Shown: piece after piece, positions 45,029 through 54,451 of the stretch
How the letters are laid out: the number at the start of each line of letters is the position of its first letter
Numbering within the stretch: position 1 is the stretch's first letter
Source: an uncultured Verrucomicrobiota bacterium
GTDB lineage: Bacteria; Verrucomicrobiota; Verrucomicrobiia; Limisphaerales; UBA1319
Direction: 5' to 3'
Assembly (NCBI GenBank): GCA_964458325.1
Contig: CAYWIM010000006.1
Location: 9,370 to 73,369 of the forward strand
Length of the DNA stretch: 64,000 bases
Notes under the pieces: generated by a model
What the model saw: the letters and a program-made list of their open reading frames with translations, nothing else
The model's database searches: none
Told to the model about the DNA's origin: nothing
Position numbers and translations under genes: made by a program

Positions 45029-48000
45029 TTACTCGGCCATCACGGCGCGGAAGAACTGCGTGTTGCCGGATGGGATATAGAGATAGGGGCTGGCTCCCAG
45101 CGGAGCATAACCCGTGTTCACCTGGGTCGAGGCCTCGATAATGCACGGGCTGAGCGAGGTGGACAACCGATAACCCGATACCGGCGCGGCGTCGAAGTCC
45201 AGTCGGAGCGCCAGCGCGGCGGCATCCACCACGGCGCCCGAGGCCATCACCTGGCCGATCTCCGTCGCATTCAGGATCCGGCTGTAGAACCGGACGTCGT
45301 CCAGAGAGCCATTGAGCCTCTTCCAATAGCCATCGCGCGATTTGCCAAGGAGGACCGACATGTTGGCCGGCCACCACCATTCCTTGGCATTATAGGAAGT
45401 GTTGTCGAGCACGCCATCGATGTAGATGGACACCGCTCCCGAGATCGCCTGATCATACACGACCGCGACATGATGCCACTGGTCGTTGGTGACCGTTCCG
45501 AACGACGAGAACGGATTGGTGTCGGTCGGATTGGCCTGGAAGAACACGGTTCCATCGTCCTTGATGCTGATGATGGTGCCGCTGCCGCTGCCGCCGGTGT
45601 CCCGGCGGTCCATGATGATCGACGCTTCGCTGCCGCCGCCTGTGTTCGGACCAGACCGGACCCAGAAGCAGATGGTGCCGGTCGTCGAGTTGAGCGCCGG
45701 ATAGCCGCTGACGGCGATCTGATCTTCCTCGGAGGCGGCGAACTGCATGACGCCCGTGCGGGTGCGCGCGCCGTCGCTGTTGGACTCGGCCCAGGTGGCC
45801 CCGTTGTTAAGCCCGTGGACCGGAGCGGCGTCAGGCTTGGCATTGACCACGATGCCGGAGGCGGGCGCCATGGTGACACGCAAGGGCGAGCCGAGCATGG
45901 CATGCTCGAACACCTGCGCGTCGCTCAACGCGTAGTCGTAGACCGCCACATCGTCGATCACGCCGTTGTAGCCCCAAGCGTCGCCGGCATTCCGGGCGCC
46001 GATTTGGAACGGCGAATCGGGGTTGGGTTCGAACCCGCCGGCGCCAAAAGCCAGCGCCGTCGATCCATCCAGTTTGCCGTTGAGATAGATCTTGCCGGTC
46101 GAGCCGTCGTATGTCAGCACGACGTGATACTTCATCCCCGGTTGAATCGCAGTGCCGCCGTGAACATAGGCGGTGCCTCCCGCGCTGTTGCCCATGAGCG
46201 CGTTGAATCCCGACTGGCCGTTGTTGTGGAAGATGGTCAAGCCGGCGCGGCCGGAATCGCGTTTCTGCGTGCTGATGGCACACTCGATTTCCGTGTTGTT
46301 CGGGACGGTCCAGAACTCGATCGAGAACGGCCCCGCCGGGTTGTTCAGGCTCGGGTTAAACGGCGCCATGGCCTTGCTGGTTGCAGCGAATTGGACTGCC
46401 GGATTGGGATCGTCGACAATCAAGCCAGGGGCCCCCAGCGTGTAGGTTCCGCTGTAGACGGCGTGGTTCTGGCCCCAGCTGTCGATGGCGTTGGTCCCGG
46501 AGGCCTCGCCCAGCCGCCAGAAGGCCACCGGGTTGTCACCCAAAACTGTTCCCAGATAACCCTCGGTGGGCACCGGCATCACGGTCAGGTGGGCCGGATC
46601 GCTTGTGATCGTCCCGGCCGGATTGATGACGGTGACGGTGTAGTCCGCCTCGTCCTCGGCGGTCAGGCCAGTCAGCGTGAGGGTCGTATTGGTCTGGCCG
46701 GCGATGGGCGCGTCGTTCTTGTTCCATTGGTAGCTGAGCTGGCCGCCGTAGCCGAGGGCGGCGAACGCAACGGCCCGGCCGAGATACGCGCTTCGGGAGA
46801 CCGGTTGCTGAATGACGGTCGGCTGGATGAACGCCACCACCAATACGTCCGCCGGCGTCGTCGTCACGGTGCCGAACTCGTTCGTGATCACTAGCGTGTA
46901 GACGCCGCTGTCGTCCACAACCGCGCTGGGCCGCGAGAAGGTGGGCGTGGTGGCGCCGGAGATCGCCTGCCCATCCTTGTACCACTGGAGAGCCAGGGGC
47001 GGCACGCCAAAGACCTCGGCGGTCAGCGTGAGAGCCTCGCCATTGAAAAGGTTCCCTTCCGGCGCCTCAGGCTGAGTCGCGATCGCCGGCTTGTCGGTGA
47101 TCACAAACCCGGCCAGACAGCCGCGGGTCAGCGTGGTGCCTTCGCGGATCGAGGCCAGGGTGATCGAGTCGGCGCTCAAGACCGGGCTCACAGTGCTGAA
47201 CGCGGCCACGCCGCCGCTCGGATTGGCCGGCCCCACCGCCGAATAGGTCAGAGTGTAGTTGGTGAAGTTGACGTTGTCGCTCAGGGTGACCGGCGCGAAA
47301 TTCGTCGCGTTGTCCGAGGCGGCGATGGTGCGCACCACGTACCGGCTGTAGCCCAGGCCGTTGACCAATCCGTAAACCAGAACGCTGTACCCGCTGCCTC
47401 CATCGTCCAGATATCCGTAATTGACCTGCGCCTCGCCCGTTGGCAGCGTGTCCGGATCTCCCGGCACGCTGTAGGTGTTGTTGGCGGTCCACATCAGGTC
47501 AACCTGGCCCGCACCCAACAAGAAGGTCTGCATTCCATTGATCGGCCCGGTCTCGTCTCCAGGGACTGTCTCCTGCCACCGGCTGGGATGCACGCCGTAG
47601 GCCGGCATGGTCACCGCGGGATTCCATGGCTCCTCGTCTCCGAAATTGACGCCGAACGACATGCTGGCGCCGCCGCCGACCTTCGGAACCACCGCCAGAA
47701 GGGCCGCCTCGCTGACATTCGTGCCGTAAGTGTTCCAGACCACGCAGCGGTATTCGCCCGACTGCCCCGCAGTCACCGCCGTATAATCGAGCGTAGCCAA
47801 GTTGGCGCCCGGCAGGGCCTGCCCGTCCTTCTGCCATTGATAATGCAGGCCGCAACCCAGCAGCTCGACCAAGAAGCTTGCCGCCTCGCCCTCGTTGCGC
47901 TCGAGGCTCTTGGGCTGCAGCGTGATTTGCGGCACCGTCACCGGCGTGATGCTGAAGGTGACGTCGGCGGTTTCACCCCAGCCCGCGCTGTGCCCATACT

Positions 48001-48532
48001 TGAAGATCACGTGCTTGCCGGCGTCAGCCTCCGTCGCGTGATAGGTCAGCGCGGCAATGGGATTCTTGGCTGGCGGCGTCCACCAAGTCGCGTAATTCCC
48101 GAGCGCATGGCCAACGCCATTGAACTCGGCCACTACTGCCCGGGTTGCGTCATTTTGGCCGTCCCAGAGGATGATTTGCTGGATGTAGGAATACCCCTCG
48201 AAACGCATGCAGTTGGCATCAATCGAAATAATGTCTCCGCATTGGACCGCCGCCTGCATGTAATTGTACTCGAGAGCCGCCTCGGTTTCACCCCCCGCGG
48301 TCGGGTTCCCCCAAAATACGCTTTCAGAGGCGCCCTCATTTCCCGATGCCCCTGTGCCCATGCGATCCGACGACACGGTGCCATACACCTTGGTCCAACC
48401 CGCCGCCAGGAAATCGGCGACCGAGCTTCCTGGATGATCGAATGTATCGGTGAAAACGACGGCCCCCTGGACCCCGGCGCATGCGGCCAGTCCGGCAAGC
48501 AATCCCAACCAACGTGTGCATTTTGTGTTCAT
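45029..48532 (-). CDS. Large secreted Ig + LamG domain protein
   Basis: Signal peptide, several Ig I-set repeats (QP..YQW.K.G..Y), two LamG-like domains (WHHVAVVYD..IYIDG; IDDVAVY), C-terminal QFFR tail. Confidence 0.85.
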   Translation of the reverse strand: MNTKCTRWLGLLAGLAACAGVQGAVVFTDTFDHPGSSVADFLAAGWTKVYGTVSSDRMGTGASGNEGASESVFWGNPTAGGETEAALEYNYMQAAVQCGDIISIDANCMRFEGYSYIQQIILWDGQNDATRAVVAEFNGVGHALGNYATWWTPPAKNPIAALTYHATEADAGKHVIFKYGHSAGWGETADVTFSITPVTVPQITLQPKSLERNEGEAASFLVELLGCGLHYQWQKDGQALPGANLATLDYTAVTAGQSGEYRCVVWNTYGTNVSEAALLAVVPKVGGGASMSFGVNFGDEEPWNPAVTMPAYGVHPSRWQETVPGDETGPINGMQTFLLGAGQVDLMWTANNTYSVPGDPDTLPTGEAQVNYGYLDDGGSGYSVLVYGLVNGLGYSRYVVRTIAASDNATNFAPVTLSDNVNFTNYTLTYSAVGPANPSGGVAAFSTVSPVLSADSITLASIREGTTLTRGCLAGFVITDKPAIATQPEAPEGNLFNGEALTLTAEVFGVPPLALQWYKDGQAISGATTPTFSRPSAVVDDSGVYTLVITNEFGTVTTTPADVLVVAFIQPTVIQQPVSRSAYLGRAVAFAALGYGGQLSYQWNKNDAPIAGQTNTTLTLTGLTAEDEADYTVTVINPAGTITSDPAHLTVMPVPTEGYLGTVLGDNPVAFWRLGEASGTNAIDSWGQNHAVYSGTYTLGAPGLIVDDPNPAVQFAATSKAMAPFNPSLNNPAGPFSIEFWTVPNNTEIECAISTQKRDSGRAGLTIFHNNGQSGFNALMGNSAGGTAYVHGGTAIQPGMKYHVVLTYDGSTGKIYLNGKLDGSTALAFGAGGFEPNPDSPFQIGARNAGDAWGYNGVIDDVAVYDYALSDAQVFEHAMLGSPLRVTMAPASGIVVNAKPDAAPVHGLNNGATWAESNSDGARTRTGVMQFAASEEDQIAVSGYPALNSTTGTICFWVRSGPNTGGGSEASIIMDRRDTGGSGSGTIISIKDDGTVFFQANPTDTNPFSSFGTVTNDQWHHVAVVYDQAISGAVSIYIDGVLDNTSYNAKEWWWPANMSVLLGKSRDGYWKRLNGSLDDVRFYSRILNATEIGQVMASGAVVDAAALALRLDFDAAPVSGYRLSTSLSPCIIEASTQVNTGYAPLGASPYLYIPSGNTQFFRAVMAE

Positions 48533-48695
48533 AGGAAAATCCGCAGCATATCTGTTTCCAGATAGTCTGCCTCAATCCCTGCGCAGGTCAAACAGGAAGA
48601 ACATGTAATAATTTAGAACATGTCGATCTGGGGCGGCTTGCCTCTGCGGACTCTGTATAGAAAAAGGCGCGCTCGATCCAGCATCGAGCGCCGGA

Positions 48696-49451
48696 TCAAT
48701 GGGGCTTCCGATCCGCCTGGAGCCTCGGCCGGGGCCGGCGCCGGAGCCCGTTTTGCCACAGCAGCCGCCAAGTCATACCGATCGCTTCCCATACGATCGC
48801 TCGCGACATTTTCGAGGCGCCCTGAAACCGGTCCGTAAACACGATGGGCACCTCGACCACCCGGAGCCCCTGCCGCCAAACCCGATGCGTGATCTCGATC
48901 TGGAAGCTGTAGCCGTTGGATTGGACCGCATCCAGATCGATGGCATCGAGAGCGCGCCGCCGGAAGCATTTGTAACCGCCCGTCGGATCGGTAAACGGCA
49001 TGCCGGTGATCCATTGCACGTAATGAGCCGCAGTCAGGCTGAGCATCAGCCGCCGGAGCGGCCAGTTGATGACGCGAATCCCATCCCGGTACCGCGTCCC
49101 CAGCGCCAGATCCGCCTCTCGCGCCGCTTCGAGGAATGCGGGAATATCGGCGGGATTGTGGGAGAAATCGCCGTCCATCTCGAAGACGAATTCGTAGGAG
49201 CGATCGAGCGCCCATCGGAACCCGGCGCAGTAAGCCCTTCCGAGCCCGTTCTTATCCGGCCGATGCAGGACGTGCATGCCCGGTCTTTGGGCAGCCAGCT
49301 CGTCCGCCAGCCGGCCCGTGCCGTCGGGAGAGTTGTCATCGACGATCAGCAGATCCACCCGCACTGGCAGGTTCATCACCCGGTCGGCCAGGACCGGCAG
49401 GTTCTCCCGCTCGTTGTAGGTGGGTATGACCACCAGGGCTTCCGGATTCAC
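48696..49451 (-). CDS. Polyprenol monophosphomannose synthase (GT2)
   Basis: VIPTYNERENL, VDDNSPDGT, MDGDFSHNP, DPTGGYK, YSFQIE. Confidence 0.92.
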   Translation of the reverse strand: MNPEALVVIPTYNERENLPVLADRVMNLPVRVDLLIVDDNSPDGTGRLADELAAQRPGMHVLHRPDKNGLGRAYCAGFRWALDRSYEFVFEMDGDFSHNPADIPAFLEAAREADLALGTRYRDGIRVINWPLRRLMLSLTAAHYVQWITGMPFTDPTGGYKCFRRRALDAIDLDAVQSNGYSFQIEITHRVWRQGLRVVEVPIVFTDRFQGASKMSRAIVWEAIGMTWRLLWQNGLRRRPRPRLQADRKPH

Positions 49452-49508
49452 GTGTCCAGCATGTCAATAATCCCCCTCCGGCGTCGAGTTTTTTGCGGCG
49501 CCCCCAAT

Positions 49509-49543
49509 CCTTCCGGACCGCGGACGTCCCCGTCCGCAGCAGC
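49509..49543 (+). repeat. Dispersed palindromic repeat, family 2
   Basis: CCTTCCGGACCGCGGACGTCCCCGTCCGCAGCAGC matches reverse complement of 60785-60819 at 33/35. Confidence 0.62.
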
Positions 49544-50218
49544 CTACAGCAGAGGTTCGAGGGGGCACCCGGCGCAACGCGGGGCGCGCGGCCGGCAGTA
49601 ATCCTTTCCGACCCGGACCAGCTGGGCATGGTAATCGCGCCAGTAATCGAGCAGGATCGCCCCGGGCCGATCCCTCAGCGCGGTGGCGCACAGCGCCTGC
49701 ACATCGTCATAAGCCGCCTCCGCCGGCGCCCACCCGTGACGGGCGAAGATGCGCCGCGTATATGCGTCGACGACGAAGCTGAGATGCTCGCCCGCGTAGA
49801 GCAGAATGCTGTCCGCTGTCTCGGGGCCGATCCCCGGCACTTCGAGCAAGCGCTGGCGGACGTCGAGCGTTTGTCCCTCGAGCCATCGATCGACACGGCC
49901 GCCGTGCTTCTCGACCAGCACGCCCAGAAAAGCCCGCAGGCGCCGCGCCTTCACCCGGTAGTAGCCGGTCGGGCGCACATGCTCGGCCAGCTGATCCTCG
50001 GCCAGCGCATGCATGCGGACTGGATCGAGCACGCCGGCCGCCTTCAAACGCGCGATCGCGCGCTCGACGTTGCGCCAGCTGGTGTTCTGCGTCAGGATCG
50101 CCCCCACGCACACCTCGAACGGCGTATCGCCGGGCCACCAGTTCTGATGCCCATGCCGCCGGCGCATCAGGCGATAAGCCTTGCGCAAGGCCAGCGTCGT
50201 GGATCGGTTCTTCGTCAT
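49544..50218 (-). CDS. Endonuclease III-like HhH-GPD protein
   Basis: GAILTQNTSW, PTGYYRVK, GIGPETADSILLY, VVDAY, C-terminal CRP..CxxCP. Confidence 0.88.
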   Translation of the reverse strand: MTKNRSTTLALRKAYRLMRRRHGHQNWWPGDTPFEVCVGAILTQNTSWRNVERAIARLKAAGVLDPVRMHALAEDQLAEHVRPTGYYRVKARRLRAFLGVLVEKHGGRVDRWLEGQTLDVRQRLLEVPGIGPETADSILLYAGEHLSFVVDAYTRRIFARHGWAPAEAAYDDVQALCATALRDRPGAILLDYWRDYHAQLVRVGKDYCRPRAPRCAGCPLEPLL

Positions 50219-50272
50219 TCGCTTCGACCAATGTTACCACCTGCATGCCCCCCTGGAAGCCTGCTTTGCTCG

Positions 50273-50395
50273 CTACCTTGCAAGCCGATAGCCGAAAGGT
50301 AGGGCGGCCACTCCGTGGACGCCGCATTGACGGCTGCAAGCTCACCGCTCGGCGCGCAGCGGAGTGCGCGCCCTACCTTGCAAGCCGAAAGGTAG
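50273..50395. repeat. Composite GTAG REP doublet (REPIN-like)
   Basis: GGTAGGGCGGCCACTCCG ... CGGAGTGCGCGCCCTACC inverted pair flanked by CTACCTTG..AAGGTAG hairpins. Confidence 0.7.
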
Positions 50396-50401
50396 CAGAC
50401 T

Positions 50402-50713
50402 ATGAACCTGTCACTTTATACCACCAGCCATCCCCCGGCGCCCGGTTGTGCCCGCTTCTTTGGCGATCTGGCCCGCGGCCACTGGGGCGGCAGCGAAAGC
50501 CGCAACCACTGGGTCCGCGATGCCTGCATGCGCGAAGACCGAACGCGCTCCAAGAACTACAACCTCAACTGCAACCTATCGGCCCTGCGCGTCTGCCTGG
50601 TAGCCCTCAAGGCCGACCTTCACCCCGACCCTTCCTGGCCCAAACTACAAGAACAATGCCAGCACGATCCCCGCATCCCTTTCCGAGCACTCCTCAAGCA
50701 CCGCTCCAAATAA
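50402..50713 (+). mobile_element. ISAs1-family transposase C-terminal remnant
   Basis: LYTTS..RGHWGGSESRNHWVRDACMREDRTR..NLSALR matches the ISAs1 HW-x-E-N-x-H-W-x-D-x-ED signature; the N-terminal part is absent. Confidence 0.7.
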
Positions 50714-50751
50714 AAAGACCGTGCGCCGCTTCCGCCCGCGACAGACGGAGT

Positions 50752-50779
50752 TTGACCCCGGGCTGCGAAGGCATACACT
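50752..50779 (+). promoter_or_regulatory. Possible sigma70 promoter
   Basis: TTGACC-N16-TACACT upstream of ATG 50818. Confidence 0.35.
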
Positions 50780-50817
50780 CGCGGGCAGTGAATCCAATCT
50801 CGATCCAGGCATCGACT

Positions 50818-52152
50818 ATGAACACAATTGTCTCCTCTCGCCGCGCTTTTCTGAAAACCGCCACAGCCGCCGCCGCTGTCGCCACCGTGATCCCGCGCCA
50901 TGCGATCGGGCTGGGTCAAACCCCGCCCTCGCAGAGGCTCAACATCGCCGGGATCGGCATTGGCGGGATGGGGGCTGGCGACGTGGCCTCGTGCGCCCAG
51001 GCAGGCGAGAATATTGTCGCCCTCTGCGATCCGGACCGCAACCACCTCGCCGCCGGCGCCCGGAAATACCCGGCGGCCAAGCTCTACACCGATTTCCGGA
51101 AAATGCTCGAGACGCAGAAGGACATCGACGCGGTGCTCATCGCGACGCCCGACCATGCGCATGCCGTCGCCACCGCCATGGCCATGAAACTCGGCAAGCA
51201 TGTCCATTGCCAGAAGCCACTGACCCACAGCGTCTACGAGGCCCGCATGATCGGCCAGATCGCCCGGGAGACGAAAGTCGCCACGCAGATGGGCAACTTC
51301 GGCCAGGCCGGCGAGGAAGCCCGCCGGGTTGCCGAGATGATCTGGGCCGGCGCCATCGGCACGCTCAAGGAGGTGCATGCGTGGTCAAACCGGAAGCCCG
51401 ACATCTCCCCCCGGGGCGTGGCGCGGCCCCACGAGACTCCACCCTGCCCGGGGCACATCGACTGGGACCTCTGGATCGGTCCGGCCCCCATGCGGCCTTA
51501 CCATCCCTGTTATCATCCGTTCGCCTGGAGGGGCTGGTGGGATTTTGGCACCGGCGTGCTCGGAGATATCGGATGCCACGAGCTCTCCGCTGTTTTCAAG
51601 GCCATGAAGATCGGGGATCCGGTTAGCGTCGAGGCCTGCTCGACCAACTGGCAGCGGCCCAAGGAGATCAGCGACGAGACCGCACCGCTGGCCTCGATCA
51701 CGCATTACAGGTTCGCGGCCAGCGACACGCACGGGCCGCTGAGCATCTTCTGGTACGACGGAGGCATGCGCCCGCCCCGGCCCGACGGGCTCGATCCGGA
51801 GGCCGAGTTCGCCGTCAACGACGGCACCATGTATGTCGGCGACAAGGGCATCATGTTGCGCGACCGCCTCGTCCCCGAAAGCCGGAGGAAGGAGTTCGGT
51901 CGGGCGCCGCAGAAATTGCCGCGCTCCCCCGGCCACTGGAAGGAGTTCCTCGATGCCTGCCGCGGCGGCAAACCCGCCGGATCCAATTTCGCCGATCACG
52001 CCGCCCATCTCGCCGAGGTCGTCCTGCTCGGGAACATCGCCATCCGCATGAACCGGAAGCTCGAGTGGGACCCGGTCCAGATGAAGTTTCCGCATTGCCC
52101 CGAGGCCGACCTGTTCGTCAATCCTCCCTACCGGCCCGGGTTCGCTCTGTAG
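50818..52152 (+). CDS. Tat-exported Gfo/Idh/MocA oxidoreductase
   Basis: SRRAFLK, IAGIGIGGMG, ATPDHAH, CQKPLTHS, DWDLWIGPAP. Confidence 0.92.
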   Translation: MNTIVSSRRAFLKTATAAAAVATVIPRHAIGLGQTPPSQRLNIAGIGIGGMGAGDVASCAQAGENIVALCDPDRNHLAAGARKYPAAKLYTDFRKMLETQKDIDAVLIATPDHAHAVATAMAMKLGKHVHCQKPLTHSVYEARMIGQIARETKVATQMGNFGQAGEEARRVAEMIWAGAIGTLKEVHAWSNRKPDISPRGVARPHETPPCPGHIDWDLWIGPAPMRPYHPCYHPFAWRGWWDFGTGVLGDIGCHELSAVFKAMKIGDPVSVEACSTNWQRPKEISDETAPLASITHYRFAASDTHGPLSIFWYDGGMRPPRPDGLDPEAEFAVNDGTMYVGDKGIMLRDRLVPESRRKEFGRAPQKLPRSPGHWKEFLDACRGGKPAGSNFADHAAHLAEVVLLGNIAIRMNRKLEWDPVQMKFPHCPEADLFVNPPYRPGFAL

Positions 52153-52232
52153 CAGCAGAGCAGGCCAGCGTGCCCGCGGATGCCCCGGCCGGCTGCCAAT
52201 CGGGTCTATTTGCCCCCCCCAATGGTTGTCCG

Positions 52233-52268
52233 TTGACTTTGGGAGTTGTGTCTGACATATTGACGGAC
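52233..52268 (+). promoter_or_regulatory. sigma70-like promoter/operator of TA operon (leaderless)
   Basis: TTGACT-N17-CATATT ending 7 nt before ATG 52269; overlapping TGTCTGACA palindrome and TGACGGACA near-copy. Confidence 0.5.
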
Positions 52269-52478
52269 ATGAAAGTAACGTCACGCGACTTCCAGCGCAA
52301 ATTCGCTTGCATGAAGGCAAAAGCTGCCGCCGGCGAACTGGTCTATGTCGTCTCCGCCGGCGAGACGTTCCTTTTTCAGACGGTCAAGCCGAGCCATTGG
52401 CAGGGGGCGCTCAAAGGCAAAGCGCGGATCGCGGGAGACCTTTTCAACACCGGGCTGGATTGGGAGGCGTCGCGGTGA
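52269..52478 (+). CDS. Phd/YefM-family antitoxin
   Basis: 69 aa, MKVTSRDFQRKF..AAAGELVYV; GTGA overlap with PIN toxin. Confidence 0.78.
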   Translation: MKVTSRDFQRKFACMKAKAAAGELVYVVSAGETFLFQTVKPSHWQGALKGKARIAGDLFNTGLDWEASR

Positions 52479-52888
52479 CCCATCTGCTCGATACCCACGC
52501 ATGGATTCAACGCGCCGTGGGCATTCCCATGCCGCCCCTCGTGGATCAAACGCTGGTCCGATGCGCGCAGACGCTTGCGATTGCGGACATTTCCTTGTGG
52601 GAGGCCGCCAAACTGGTCGAGCTCGGCCGGCTGCAATTGTCGATCCCGCTCGCCGAGTTCTTCCGTCGGGGGGTTGGATCGGAGCTGACCGTGCTGCCGG
52701 TGACGGCGGTCATTGCAGAACGTGTTACAACCTTGGAGGCCGAGGGCTTTCACAGGGACCCAGCGGATCAACTGATCGTCGCTACCGCGCTCGTGCACGG
52801 TCTGCGGCTGATCACCAACGACGCACGAATCCGCCGGTGGGGCGGCGTTCCGGTCCTGTGGACATCGATCCAGGATCCCCGGCGTTAA
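52475..52888 (+). CDS. vapC: VapC-family PIN-domain toxin
   Basis: LLDTHAW, ISLWE, HRDPADQLIVATA, LITND. Confidence 0.9.
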   Translation: MTHLLDTHAWIQRAVGIPMPPLVDQTLVRCAQTLAIADISLWEAAKLVELGRLQLSIPLAEFFRRGVGSELTVLPVTAVIAERVTTLEAEGFHRDPADQLIVATALVHGLRLITNDARIRRWGGVPVLWTSIQDPRR

Positions 52889-52988
52889 TTGTTCAAACCA
52901 GATCCCTGCGCCGCCAAGGCCGGCTGCCGGATGGCTTCGCGTCGCGCCCGGCATTGACAAACCGGCGCGAGCCATTCAAGAGTGTTTT

Positions 52989-54431
52989 ATGATATCGAGT
53001 CCCAAACAACCTGACTCCGCGTCCCGGATGGGCGGGCCTGCCATCGCCGCGCCTCTGGATCCGGGATTTCAACCGGCCATCCTGGCCGCGCGCGAATATG
53101 CGCGGCTGGTCAGCCAGGCGCCTCGCTCGGACCGGATCGACATCGCCCTGGAACGGGAGCGCGGGCTGGTGGCGCGGCATACCATTCCGATACTGCCTCC
53201 CGGCCGGGCCGAGACCGACGACCTCACCTTTCAGCATGTCGAGCGGACGATCAAGTTCATGCTCTGGGCGTGGGGCGGCTGGCGTCTGTTCCTGGCGGGG
53301 CCGGCGTGGCTCTGCGACCGGATCGCCCGCTGCTACCGGCCCGATGGGGCCCGCGCGTTCGATGCCGACCTGATGACCCGCGTCTACGAGAAACCGCTCA
53401 CGGTCCAGCAGGTCGAGCGGGCCGAGCTGCCGCCTGCCCGCGAATCCACGCTCGCCATTGGCGGGCATCTCGATGGCTTTCGCATCGGGTTCGACCTGGG
53501 CGCCAGCGATTACAAGCTCGCCGCCGTCGCGAATGGCGAGGCGGTCTTCAGCGCCGAGATCCCATGGAATCCCAAGGATCAATCCGATCCGCAATACCAC
53601 TACCAGCGGATCCAGGAGGGGCTCAAGCAGGCCGCGGCGCACCTGCCCCGCGTGGACGCAATCGGGGGCAGCTCGGCGGGCGTGTTCGTCGATAACCAGG
53701 TCATGGTTGCCTCGCTGTTCCGGTCGGTGCCGAAGGCCGAGTTCGACCGATCGGTTAAGCCCATGTTCCGCCGGCTCGGCCTCGAATGGAACGTGCCGCT
53801 GGTGGTCATCAACGACGGCGACGTTACCGCCCTGGCGGGGGCCATGTCGCTGCAGAAGACGGCCATGCTCGGCGTGGCCATGGGCTCGAGCCAGGCCGCC
53901 GGATACCTCGATCGCCAGGGACGCATCACCGGGTGGCTCAACGAGCTCGCGTTCGCGCCGGTCGATTTCAATCCCAATGCCCCGCCGGACGAGTGGTCGG
54001 GCGACGGCGGGGTGGGCGCGCTCTATTTCTCGCAGCAAGCGGTCAACAAGCTCCTGCCGGCCGCGCGGATCGATGCGCCAGCCGAGGCGGCGCTGCCCGA
54101 GCGCCTCAAGATGGTCCAGGATCTCCTGTCGAAAAACGATCCGCGCGCCCGCGCCATCTTCGAGACGATCGGCGTGTACCTCGGCTACGCCATCCCGTAT
54201 TACCGCGAGTTTTACGACTACGACAACCTGCTGATCCTGGGCCGGGTCACCTCCGGCCCCGGCGGCGACATCATCCTCGAGAGGGCGCGCGCCGTCCTGA
54301 ACGGCTCGTTTGCGGAGCTGGCGTCCCGCATCCAGCTTCATGTGCCAGACGAGAAGAGCCGGCGGGTCGGCCAAGCCGTGGCCGCCGCCAGCTTGCCTGA
54401 AATCCGAACCGCCTCGCACCAATCCCCTTAA
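52989..54431 (+). CDS. ROK-family sugar kinase with N-terminal extension
   Basis: IGFDLGASD, IGGSSAG, NDGDVTALAG, MGSSQAAG, NELAF; start may be the ATG of MGGPAI. Confidence 0.8.
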   Translation: MISSPKQPDSASRMGGPAIAAPLDPGFQPAILAAREYARLVSQAPRSDRIDIALERERGLVARHTIPILPPGRAETDDLTFQHVERTIKFMLWAWGGWRLFLAGPAWLCDRIARCYRPDGARAFDADLMTRVYEKPLTVQQVERAELPPARESTLAIGGHLDGFRIGFDLGASDYKLAAVANGEAVFSAEIPWNPKDQSDPQYHYQRIQEGLKQAAAHLPRVDAIGGSSAGVFVDNQVMVASLFRSVPKAEFDRSVKPMFRRLGLEWNVPLVVINDGDVTALAGAMSLQKTAMLGVAMGSSQAAGYLDRQGRITGWLNELAFAPVDFNPNAPPDEWSGDGGVGALYFSQQAVNKLLPAARIDAPAEAALPERLKMVQDLLSKNDPRARAIFETIGVYLGYAIPYYREFYDYDNLLILGRVTSGPGGDIILERARAVLNGSFAELASRIQLHVPDEKSRRVGQAVAAASLPEIRTASHQSP

Positions 54432-54451
54432 CCCATCCACCTCGCTTGATT

